From: Actinomycetota bacterium
GTDB taxonomy: Bacteria > Actinomycetota > AC-67
Length of the DNA: 32,678 nt
Assembly (NCBI GenBank): GCA_046716205.1
Contig: JBKJXT010000332.1
Span: forward strand, 1 to 32,678
Direction: 5' to 3'
The stretch's first letter is position 1. Each line of letters opens with the position of its first letter. The position numbers and the translations under genes are program-made. Of this stretch, positions 1-7,750 are shown one piece after another. The notes beneath the pieces were generated by a model that did not search any database, was not told where the DNA came from, and saw nothing but the letters and a program-made list of their open reading frames with translations.

Positions 1-831
1 GACGTGCCGATCCTGATCCTGGTCCCGGTCCTCGACCTCCGCGAGGCGGTGGAGCTTCGCTGCGACGTCACCGTTGCATCGGTGGACCGCGTCGGTGAGC
101 TCCCGGCCGAGGCGCGCGTGCATCTCAAGGTCGATACGGGGAATGGGCGCCTGGGCGTCGCGCCCCAGGATGCGTTCCAGCTCGCGACGCAGCTTGCGCG
201 CACGACGCAGCTTCAGGCCGTGTGGACGCACTTCTCCGACGCGGCAGGCGCGAGCGGCGCGCGCCAGTTGAGTCTCTTCGACGGGATCGTGTCGTCGGTG
301 CGGGACGGCGGCGTCGAGGTCGCGGCGCACGCCGCCAATTCAGCCGCCACGATCGCGCTGCCCGGCGCGCGATACGACATGGTCCGGGTCGGGACCGTGC
401 TGTACGGCCAGCAGCCCGCCGGCGTGCAGGCGCCGTGGCCGATGGAGGAGACGTTCCGGTGGTACGCACGGGTCGCGTCGCTGCGCACGATCCCCGCCGG
501 CGCGACCGTCGGCTACGGCAGCGAGTGGCGCGCCGAGCGCCCGGCGCGCATCGCGACGATCCCGGTCGGCTATACCGACGGATTCGTGGTGGAGCCGGTC
601 GCCCGCATGCGGTCGACGCGCGAGGTGGCGCGCCGGGTGAAGAATGCCCTCATGCCGCAGGAGCGTGCCGTGTACTTCGGCGATCACGCCGCGCCGGTGG
701 TCGGCCGCGTCGCGATGCAAGCGATCACCTGCGTGGTCGACGACATCGCCGACGTCGCGGTCGGCTCGGTTGCGAGGATCCCCGCGCGACGGCTATTCGT
801 GAACCCGTTGATCGAACGCGAGTACGTCTGA
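1..831 (+). CDS. alr: alanine racemase, C-terminal part (5' end lies outside the window)
   Basis: The frame-1 ORF is open to the window edge. HLKVDTGNGRLGV and VGYG...IATIPVGYTDGF resemble conserved alanine racemase motifs. Stop TGA 829-831 overlaps the next ATG (ATGA). Confidence 0.8.
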   Translation, partial: DVPILILVPVLDLREAVELRCDVTVASVDRVGELPAEARVHLKVDTGNGRLGVAPQDAFQLATQLARTTQLQAVWTHFSDAAGASGARQLSLFDGIVSSVRDGGVEVAAHAANSAATIALPGARYDMVRVGTVLYGQQPAGVQAPWPMEETFRWYARVASLRTIPAGATVGYGSEWRAERPARIATIPVGYTDGFVVEPVARMRSTREVARRVKNALMPQERAVYFGDHAAPVVGRVAMQAITCVVDDIADVAVGSVARIPARRLFVNPLIEREYV

Positions 832-1421
832 TGGACGAGACGACCGACCAGGAGTTGCTGCGGCGGTACCGCCTCGGCGACGGGCGCGCCTTCGACGAGA
901 TCGTGGACCGCTACGAGCGCCGGGTGTGGGCCGTCGCGATCCGCATGGTGGGTCACACTGAGGACGCGCGCGATGTCTCCCAAGACGTGTTCGTTTCGGC
1001 CATGCGCTCCTTGCGGACCTTCCGTGAGGAGGCGCAGCTCTCGACCTGGTTCCATCGCGTGACGGTGAACGCCGCGCTCGACCTGCTGCGCAAGCGCAAG
1101 CGCGGTCTCGCGCGCCCGCTCGAGGAGGTCCGTGAGCAGGCCTCAGACCTGCCGGGGCCCGAGATGCACGCCGTCGCCTCGGCGCGCGCCCGAGAGGTCC
1201 AGTCCGCCCTCACGCGGCTCTCCGAGGAGCATCGCGCCGTCCTCGTCCTGCATGACCTTCAAGATCTGGACTACGCCGAGGTCTCCGCTGCGCTCGGGAT
1301 CCCCCTCGGGACGGTCAAAAGCCGCATCCATCGGGCGAGGTCGGAGATGGCGAAGATGCTGGGACACCTCCGGGATACGGAACCAACCGGCGCCGACGAG
1401 CCTCTAAGGGAATCACCATGA
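831..1421 (+). CDS. ECF-family RNA polymerase sigma factor (196 aa)
   Basis: ATG 831 is in frame within track ORF 222..1421; the upstream part of that ORF overlaps alr and is Arg-rich shadow. Region 2 (DVSQDVFVSAMRSL...WFHRVTVNAALDLLRKR) and the region 4.2 HTH (LDYAEVSAALGIPLGTVKSRIHRAR) are present. Confidence 0.9.
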   Translation: MDETTDQELLRRYRLGDGRAFDEIVDRYERRVWAVAIRMVGHTEDARDVSQDVFVSAMRSLRTFREEAQLSTWFHRVTVNAALDLLRKRKRGLARPLEEVREQASDLPGPEMHAVASARAREVQSALTRLSEEHRAVLVLHDLQDLDYAEVSAALGIPLGTVKSRIHRARSEMAKMLGHLRDTEPTGADEPLRESP

Positions 1422-2116
1422 AGGATCACGCCGAGTTGGAGCTGCTTTCCTCGTTCAACGACGGGGAGCTCGACGACGGCGAGCGCATATCCGTCGAGCG
1501 CCACTTGCCCGGCTGCGACACCTGCACGGAGGTACTAAGCGCCCTTCGTCTGACGGTGTCCGATCTGCGCGAGCTTCCCCAGGCCGAGCCGAGCGCGCAG
1601 GACTCGTGGGCGCTGCGGTCGGCGATCTCGGCTGCGCGCCGAGCGGAGTCCTCGAAGCGCTACCCCCGGTTCGTGATCGCGACCGCCGGCGTTGCCGCCA
1701 GCATCGTCGCGGTGCTGGCATTCGTGATGCCGCAAGGCAACGACGGCACGGTGTCGCAGGACAACGCCGGAGCGAGCGCACCTACTGCGCTCGGCTCGAC
1801 CGTTCAGGACTACGACGAGTCCTCAGCCTCCGGATTGCTTCAGTTCCGCGCCAGCAACGATGCCCAGGGCGCGCCCATGGCGCAGGAGGACACGATGGCA
1901 GGACGATCAAGCACGGAGCTGTCGTCCGACTGCCTTCAGCAGATCGCGCCCCGCGACTCAGCGCTGACCAACCGCTTCACGGCTCGCTTCAAGGGTGCGC
2001 CGGCACGCTTCTACATCTTCGCCGTCCCCGCGGTGGACCCGCGGCGGCTCGAGCTGTGGGTGACGCCGGCCGACTCGTGCGACACGCTGTTCTGGGCCCA
2101 GCGCACGCTCCCCTAA
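1418..2116 (+). CDS. membrane-anchored zinc-finger (zf-HC2 / ZAS-type) anti-sigma factor
   Basis: ATGA overlap with the sigma gene stop. H-x3-C-x2-C motif (HLPGCDTC) near the N-terminus. One TM helix (FVIATAGVAASIVAVLAFVM). The C-terminal domain of about 125 aa, with two Cys, is predicted outside the membrane. Confidence 0.8.
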   Translation: MKDHAELELLSSFNDGELDDGERISVERHLPGCDTCTEVLSALRLTVSDLRELPQAEPSAQDSWALRSAISAARRAESSKRYPRFVIATAGVAASIVAVLAFVMPQGNDGTVSQDNAGASAPTALGSTVQDYDESSASGLLQFRASNDAQGAPMAQEDTMAGRSSTELSSDCLQQIAPRDSALTNRFTARFKGAPARFYIFAVPAVDPRRLELWVTPADSCDTLFWAQRTLP

Positions 2117-2123
2117 ACGACGG

Positions 2124-2152
2124 GGGAATCCGCGCCGTCCTGGTGGCGTTAG
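2124..2152 (+). promoter_or_regulatory. ECF-type promoter candidate GGGAAT-N17-CGTTAG (contains GGAAT-N18-GTT) upstream of trxB
   Basis: GGGAAT at 2124-2129 and CGTTAG at 2147-2152. The site is about 44 nt upstream of the trxB ATG. The same bipartite motif recurs upstream of trxA. TAGAAT at 2150-2155 could alternatively serve as a housekeeping -10. Confidence 0.5.
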
Positions 2153-2193
2153 AATCGGCGAACCCTCGCTCGCTTCATCTCGAAGGGACGTCG

Positions 2194-3120
2194 ATGTCGG
2201 AGAACGTGATCATCATCGGTTCAGGCCCTGCGGGTCTGACCGCGGCGATCTATGCAGCTCGCGCCAACCTCCAGCCTCTGGTGATCGAAGGAGCCGCGCC
2301 CTACGGCCAGCTCATGCTGACGACCGAGGTCGAGAACTACCCCGGCTTCCCGGACGGGATCCTGGGACCCGAGCTGATGGAGAAGTTCAGAGCCCAGGCA
2401 GCGCGCTTCGGCGCGAAGTTCATCACCGCGGACGCGACGCGCGTGGACTTCTCGGTGCGTCCATTCGTCGTGGAGGCCGGCGAGGCGCGCTACGAGGCGC
2501 CGGCGGTCATCGTCGCGACCGGCGCGAAGGCGCGGATGCTCGAGATCCCTGGGGAGCGCGACCTCCTCGGTCGTGGCGTTTCGACCTGCGCAACCTGCGA
2601 CGGGTTCTTCTTCCGCGGGAAAGAGATCGTGGTTGTCGGCGGCGGGGACTCTGCCCTGGAAGAGGCGATCTTCCTGACCAAGTTCGGTAGCAAGGTCACG
2701 GTGATCCACCGCCGCGACTCGCTGCGTGCCTCAAAGATCATGCAAGAGCGCGCGCTGGCGAACGAGAAGATGGCTTTCGTCTGGGACACCGTGGTCGAGG
2801 AGGTCCTCGGCGATGGTGCGGTCCAGTCGCTGCGGCTACGCAACGTCAAGACCGACGAGGTCTCGGAGTTCACCGCCGACGCGATGTTCGTTGCGATCGG
2901 CCACGACCCGCAGACCGACCTCGTGCGCGGCCAGCTCGAGACCGACCACAACGGCTACATCGTCGCCGTGGACTCGCCGCACACCCACGCCTCGGTCGAG
3001 GGCGTCTTCGCGTGCGGAGACGCGGTCGATCACATCTTCCGGCAGGCGATCACCGCGGCGGGAACGGGCTGCGCCGCAGCGATCGATGCAGAGCGCTATC
3101 TCGAGTCGATCGGCCACTAA
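2194..3120 (+). CDS. trxB: thioredoxin-disulfide reductase (308 aa)
   Basis: ATG 2194 is preceded by GAAGGGA. FAD motif IIGSGPAGLTAAIYAARA, redox-active CATCDG and NADPH motif VVGGGDSALEEA are present. The longer track ORF 1606..3120 overlaps the anti-sigma gene. Confidence 0.95.
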   Translation: MSENVIIIGSGPAGLTAAIYAARANLQPLVIEGAAPYGQLMLTTEVENYPGFPDGILGPELMEKFRAQAARFGAKFITADATRVDFSVRPFVVEAGEARYEAPAVIVATGAKARMLEIPGERDLLGRGVSTCATCDGFFFRGKEIVVVGGGDSALEEAIFLTKFGSKVTVIHRRDSLRASKIMQERALANEKMAFVWDTVVEEVLGDGAVQSLRLRNVKTDEVSEFTADAMFVAIGHDPQTDLVRGQLETDHNGYIVAVDSPHTHASVEGVFACGDAVDHIFRQAITAAGTGCAAAIDAERYLESIGH

Positions 3121-3238
3121 CCAGGTCCCACGCTCAGCGCCGAACACTTTTGCTGCGTTACGTCCGCCTGCGAGTCATTCCACGTACAAAACGTCGAGGG
3201 GCGCGGCGCTGGGCGCGAGGGGCGCGCGGCGCGGTGGT

Positions 3239-3466
3239 TTACTCCGGCGGTGTTTGGCGCGGGTAGCGGGTCCGGATCCAGTCGCTCACGCCCAACGCCA
3301 CGATCAGCGTCACCAGGAACGCGCCGAAGCTGATGAGCGCCGCGCCGACCCCACCGAGCTCATCGTTGCCCGTCGACTTGGCGATCCCCAGCGTCACGAT
3401 CGAGTACGCGAAGTACGCGGTGATCCCGGAGGTGATCGCGGCGACCCAGCGGAGGTACGTAGGCAT
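3239..3466 (-). CDS. small two-TM membrane protein (75 aa), unknown function
   Basis: Internal ATG at 3466 of track ORF 3239..3610. Two hydrophobic helices (WVAAITSGITAYFAYSIVTLGI and GVGAALISFGAFLVTLIVALGV). Third codon positions are strongly G/C, as in real genes of this window. Confidence 0.6.
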   Translation of the reverse strand: MPTYLRWVAAITSGITAYFAYSIVTLGIAKSTGNDELGGVGAALISFGAFLVTLIVALGVSDWIRTRYPRQTPPE

Positions 3467-3585
3467 CGCGAACGAGCCTATCGGGCGCGCACACCGGGCG
3501 CGAAGCGATCCGCTCTTCCCGGGTTCGCCCCAGAGCCCCGCTCCGTGGAACAATCCTGGCTCTTGCCCCCACCCTGGAGGACAGC

Positions 3586-4725
3586 ATGAAGATCGAGCGG
3601 CTCGACGCATGGATCTGCCATTTCCCGTGGCCCGAGCCGTTCAAGCCGGCCTGGGTTCCCGGGCTCGCAAGCCCGGCCAACTCGTGTGTCATCTACCGGC
3701 TCACCACCGACGACGGTCACGAGGGGTACTCCGCGTTCGCGGCCTTCGCCGACGAAGCCCGCGGCCCCGTCAATCTGCTTCGCGCGTTCTTGATCGGGCG
3801 CGACCCGACCCGCCCAGCGGAGCTCCGCCCCATCATCGAAAGCGCCGTGCGGGTGCTCGGTCTTCGCGTCTGGTTCATCGAGGCCGCGATCCTCGACCTC
3901 GCCGCGAAGGCGGCCGGCCTCCCCCTGTACCGCTACCTCGGCGGCGCCCGCGACCGCGTGCCGGCGTATGCCTCCTTCGGCGAGGTTCGCGAGCCCAAGC
4001 AGCGCGCCGACGACGCGCTCGCCGCCCTGGAGCAGGGCTTCAAAGCGATCAAGCTGCGGCCGCGCCACCAGACCTTCGCCGAGGATGTCGAGGAGGTTCG
4101 GACCGTGCGCGAAGCGGTCGGCGACCGCCTCCAGATCGCCTGCGATGCGAACCAAGGCTGGCGGGTAGACGTGTTCGACCCCACCTCGCCCCGATGGGAC
4201 TTCAAGCGGGCGCTGGCGACCGCCAAGGCCTACGAGGAGTTCGACGTGATGTGGCTCGAGGAGCCGCTCGACCAGTTCGACTTCGAGGGGTACAAGGCGC
4301 TGCGGGCCCAGACGACGACCCGTATCGCCGGCGGTGAGCTGTGCGGCGACATCTGGGCCGTCCGCGAGCACATCGAGCGCCGGAGCCTCGACATCATCCA
4401 GCCCGATGCGATGTTCACCGGCGGCATCACGGGCGCGATCCAGCTCGCGAACATGGCGCGCGCTGCCGGGTTGGAGTTCGCGCCGCACACCTGGTCGGGC
4501 AACGGGATCGGGCTCGTCGCGAACCTGCACGTCCTCGGCGCGACCCACGGCGCCTACCTCGAGTTCCCCTACGACCCACCCTCGTTCACCGTCGAGGGAC
4601 GCGATGCGATGCTCGCCGAGCCGATCCGCATCGACGCGGACGGAACGGTCGGGCTCCCACAAGGTCCGGGCCTCGGCATCGAACTCGACATCGAACGCAT
4701 CGAAGCGGTCGGGACGCCCATATGA
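3586..4725 (+). CDS. mandelate racemase / muconate lactonizing enzyme family protein (enolase superfamily), substrate unknown
   Basis: GGAGGA lies 5 nt before ATG 3586. Barrel metal-ligand motifs are CDANQGW, WLEEP and IIQPD. GGITG and a later APH are reminiscent of the MR subgroup. Stop overlaps the pepN ATG (ATGA at 4722-4725). Confidence 0.85.
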   Translation: MKIERLDAWICHFPWPEPFKPAWVPGLASPANSCVIYRLTTDDGHEGYSAFAAFADEARGPVNLLRAFLIGRDPTRPAELRPIIESAVRVLGLRVWFIEAAILDLAAKAAGLPLYRYLGGARDRVPAYASFGEVREPKQRADDALAALEQGFKAIKLRPRHQTFAEDVEEVRTVREAVGDRLQIACDANQGWRVDVFDPTSPRWDFKRALATAKAYEEFDVMWLEEPLDQFDFEGYKALRAQTTTRIAGGELCGDIWAVREHIERRSLDIIQPDAMFTGGITGAIQLANMARAAGLEFAPHTWSGNGIGLVANLHVLGATHGAYLEFPYDPPSFTVEGRDAMLAEPIRIDADGTVGLPQGPGLGIELDIERIEAVGTPI

Positions 4726-7274
4726 CCGAACGCTCGCCGGAGGTGCTGTTCCGCGACGAAGCTCGCAGTCGCGCAGCCCTCCTGTCCGGACTGCGGTACG
4801 TCGTCGCGCTGGACCTGACACAGGGCGACGAGGTCTTCCAGAGCGACGTCACCGCGACGTTCTCGTGTGCGGAGCCGGGGGCGCAGACCTTCGTCGATCT
4901 CTGCGCGGCGGCGGTCGGCTCGATCGAGCTCAACGAGGAAGCCCTCGATCCCACGCAGGTCTTCGACGGCCATCGGATCACGCTGCCGTCACTGAAAGCA
5001 ACCAATACCCTGCGCGTGATCGCGACGTGCCGCTACTCGAACAGCGGAACCGGACTGCACTTCTTCCGCGATCCCACCGACGGCAACCCGTACCTACACT
5101 CGCATTTCGAGTCGCGTGAGGCGCACAAGACCTTCGCGTGCTTCGATCAACCGGACCTGAAGGGGACGTTCAGCTTCTCGGTGAACGCGCCTGCGACGTG
5201 GCTCGTCGCCTCCAACGCCGAGGTGTCGGAGCGCCCCGCGGACGGCGCCGCCGGGCGATGGATCTTCACGACGACCGAAGCGCTGTCGACCTACGTTGCC
5301 GCCATCGTCGCCGGCCCCTATCACGTCGTTCGGGACCGGCACGGAGACATCGACCTGGGCATCTGGGTCCGCCGTTCGCTGGCGCAGTACCTCGATGCCG
5401 ACGAGCTCTTCGAGGTGACCAAGCAAGGGTTCGACTTCTTCCACGCCTACTTCGACCACCCGTATCCGTTCGGGAAGTACGACCAGCTGTTCGTGCCCGA
5501 GTTCAACGCCGGCGCGATGGAGAACGCCGGCTGCGTCACGTTCAGCGAGGACTACATATTCCGCTCCAAGGTCACCGACGCGGCACGCGAGAACCGTGCC
5601 GGCACGATCCTGCACGAGATGGCGCACATGTGGTTCGGCGACCTCGTCACGATGCGGTGGTGGGACGACCTGTGGCTGAACGAGAGCTTCGCCACCTACA
5701 TGGGCACGCTTTCGCAAGAGCGGGCGACGAGATGGACCAACGCGTGGACGAGCTTCGCGCGCACCCAGAAGCTGTGGGCGATGGCGCAGGACCAGATGCC
5801 GACGACGCATCCGATCGTCGCGGACGCTCCCGACTCCGAAACCGCTCGCACGAACTTCGACGGCATCTCCTACGCCAAGGGCGCCAGCGTCCTCAAGCAA
5901 CTCGCGGCCTACGTCGGTGAGGAGCAGTTCGAAGCCGGCGTGCGCAACTACATCAGCCGCAACCGGTGGAGCAACGCCGAGCTCGACGATTTCCTCGCGG
6001 CGCTCGAGGAGACGAGCGGGCGGGATCTCGGGCTCTGGTCGAAGGAGTGGCTCGAGACCGCGGGGATCAACACGATGGGCGCATCGTTCGAGGTCGCCGA
6101 CGGGCGTTACACGTCCTTCACGCTCGAACAGTCTGCGGCGGAGAGCCACCCGACGCTACGCGCACATCGGATCGCGGTGGGGTTGTACGGCTTCGACGGC
6201 CAAGCTCTCGTGTTGCGCCGGCGGATCGAGCTCGATGCGTCGGGTGCATCGACCGCGGTCGCCGGCCTCGTTGGCGAGCAGGCCGCCGCGCTCGTGCTGC
6301 CCAACGACAACGACCTCGCCTACACGAAGATCCGCCTCGACGAGGCTTCGCTGGCGACGATCACCGACCATCTCGCGCAGCTGCAGGATCCGCTCGCACG
6401 CGTGCTGTGCTGGAACGCAGCGGCGGACCAACTTCGCGACGCCGAGCTCGCGGCGCGCGACTTCATCCGGCTCGTGATCAACAACATCCACGTCGAGTCC
6501 GACGCGGGCGCGGTGAACCAGCTTTTGAACATGGTGCTGGGCGCCGCGCTGCGTTACGGCGATCCTTCCAACCGCACGAAGGCGTTACAGCAGATCGCCG
6601 AGCAGGCCCTTGAGCAACTGGGGCGCGCCGAACCCGAAGGTGATCTGCAGCTGATCTGGGCGCGCGCATTCATCACCGCAGCGCGGTCCGACGAGCACAT
6701 CGGCGTGCTTCGCGGGATGCTCGACGGCGATGTGCCGTTCACCGGCCTCGAGGTGGACACGGATCTGCGCTGGCTGCTGGTGACCGCGCTCGCAGGCGTG
6801 GGCACGATCGGCGACGACGTCATCGACGCCGAACTCGAGATCGACCCGACCGATGCCGGCCAACGGCTCGCCGCCGGAGCACGCGCGATCCGCCCGCTGG
6901 TCGAAGCGAAGGCGGAGGCGTGGCAGCGCATCGTCGGTGACGAGACCACGCCGCTGGCAACGATCCGCGCGCTGATCACCGGGTTCAAGCGCGTCGACCA
7001 AGCCGACCTCGTCATGCCCTACCGCCAGCAGTACTTCGACGCGATCGAGACCGTGTGGGCCTCACGACCGATGGAGGTCGCGATGTGGTTCGTCGGCGCC
7101 TTGTACCCGGACGTCCTCGCGGGCGACGAACTGGTCGAGCTAACCGAGCGCTACCTCACCGAACACCCGTCTGCGCCTCCGCCGGTCCAGCGTTACCTCA
7201 CGGAGAATCTCGACAACGTCAGGCGCACGCTGCGATGCCGCCAGAAGGACATCGAAGCCGGCGGTTCCGCGTAG
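4722..7274 (+). CDS. pepN: aminopeptidase N (M1 family, 850 aa)
   Basis: GAMEN exopeptidase motif and HEMAHMWFGD...WLNESFA (HEXXH-X18-E) zinc site. The start was chosen at ATG 4722, which overlaps the upstream stop. The longer track ORF 4341..7274 overlaps the enolase-family gene. Confidence 0.95.
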   Translation: MTERSPEVLFRDEARSRAALLSGLRYVVALDLTQGDEVFQSDVTATFSCAEPGAQTFVDLCAAAVGSIELNEEALDPTQVFDGHRITLPSLKATNTLRVIATCRYSNSGTGLHFFRDPTDGNPYLHSHFESREAHKTFACFDQPDLKGTFSFSVNAPATWLVASNAEVSERPADGAAGRWIFTTTEALSTYVAAIVAGPYHVVRDRHGDIDLGIWVRRSLAQYLDADELFEVTKQGFDFFHAYFDHPYPFGKYDQLFVPEFNAGAMENAGCVTFSEDYIFRSKVTDAARENRAGTILHEMAHMWFGDLVTMRWWDDLWLNESFATYMGTLSQERATRWTNAWTSFARTQKLWAMAQDQMPTTHPIVADAPDSETARTNFDGISYAKGASVLKQLAAYVGEEQFEAGVRNYISRNRWSNAELDDFLAALEETSGRDLGLWSKEWLETAGINTMGASFEVADGRYTSFTLEQSAAESHPTLRAHRIAVGLYGFDGQALVLRRRIELDASGASTAVAGLVGEQAAALVLPNDNDLAYTKIRLDEASLATITDHLAQLQDPLARVLCWNAAADQLRDAELAARDFIRLVINNIHVESDAGAVNQLLNMVLGAALRYGDPSNRTKALQQIAEQALEQLGRAEPEGDLQLIWARAFITAARSDEHIGVLRGMLDGDVPFTGLEVDTDLRWLLVTALAGVGTIGDDVIDAELEIDPTDAGQRLAAGARAIRPLVEAKAEAWQRIVGDETTPLATIRALITGFKRVDQADLVMPYRQQYFDAIETVWASRPMEVAMWFVGALYPDVLAGDELVELTERYLTEHPSAPPPVQRYLTENLDNVRRTLRCRQKDIEAGGSA

Positions 7275-7306
7275 CGCGAGGCGGTCGCGACACGCCCACG
7301 TGGGCA

Positions 7307-7336
7307 GGGAATATGCCGCGCACCCAGCGGCGTTAG
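7307..7336 (+). promoter_or_regulatory. ECF-type promoter candidate GGGAAT-N18-CGTTAG (GGAAT-N19-GTT) upstream of trxA
   Basis: GGGAAT at 7307-7312 and CGTTAG at 7331-7336, about 60 nt upstream of the trxA ATG. It is a near-copy of the trxB upstream motif. Confidence 0.5.
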
Positions 7337-7393
7337 GACGGGCACGTAGCCTCCGGTACGCTGGTGGCTCCCAGAACGAAAGGACATCTCCCG

Positions 7394-7723
7394 ATGGGCA
7401 CCAACACCGTCCAGATCACCGATGCAGACTTCGAGTTGTCCGTCCTCAAGTCCGAGCGCCCGGTCTTGATCGACTTCTGGGCAGACTGGTGCGGGCCATG
7501 TCACATGGTTGCGCCGGTCATCGAGGAGATCGCCGCGGAGAGCGGCGGAAAGCTGGTCGTGGGCAAGGTAGACGTCGACGCGAACCCTGAGATCACCCGC
7601 CGCTACGGCGTGCTCTCGATCCCCTCGATGCTGCTGTTCGTCGACGGCGTCGAGAAGGCCCGCATCGTCGGCGCACGCGGCAAGCAGGCGATTTTGTCCG
7701 AGATCCAGCCCCACCTCTCCTAA
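7394..7723 (+). CDS. trxA: thioredoxin (109 aa)
   Basis: WCGPC active site (FWADWCGPCHM). AAGGA lies 9 nt upstream of ATG 7394. The track ORF starts 10 codons earlier at 7364. Confidence 0.95.
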   Translation: MGTNTVQITDADFELSVLKSERPVLIDFWADWCGPCHMVAPVIEEIAAESGGKLVVGKVDVDANPEITRRYGVLSIPSMLLFVDGVEKARIVGARGKQAILSEIQPHLS

Positions 7724-7750
7724 GCCACAGTTGCGCGACGCCCGCCGCGC

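Noticed and set aside
222-830. N-terminal extensions of track ORFs: 222..1421, 1606..3120, 4341..7274, 9579..11003 (-), 10750..12066 (-) and 18654..19865
   Set aside because: In each case the extension overlaps the preceding well-supported gene and is Arg-rich. A downstream start with an SD, or a start/stop overlap, gives the expected family N-terminus.
3195-3226. 11-bp direct repeat CGAGGGGCGCG x2 (3195-3205 and 3216-3226) in the trxB / small-membrane-gene convergent spacer
   Set aside because: It has only two copies, in very GC-rich low-complexity sequence. There is no hairpin or terminator geometry, no third or fourth G-run for a quadruplex, and nothing CRISPR-like.
3478-4821. 447-aa ORF antisense to the enolase-superfamily gene
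   Set aside because: The composition is Arg/Gly/Pro/Ala-rich with no recognisable motifs. It lies fully inside a well-supported gene on the other strand. This is a typical high-GC shadow ORF.
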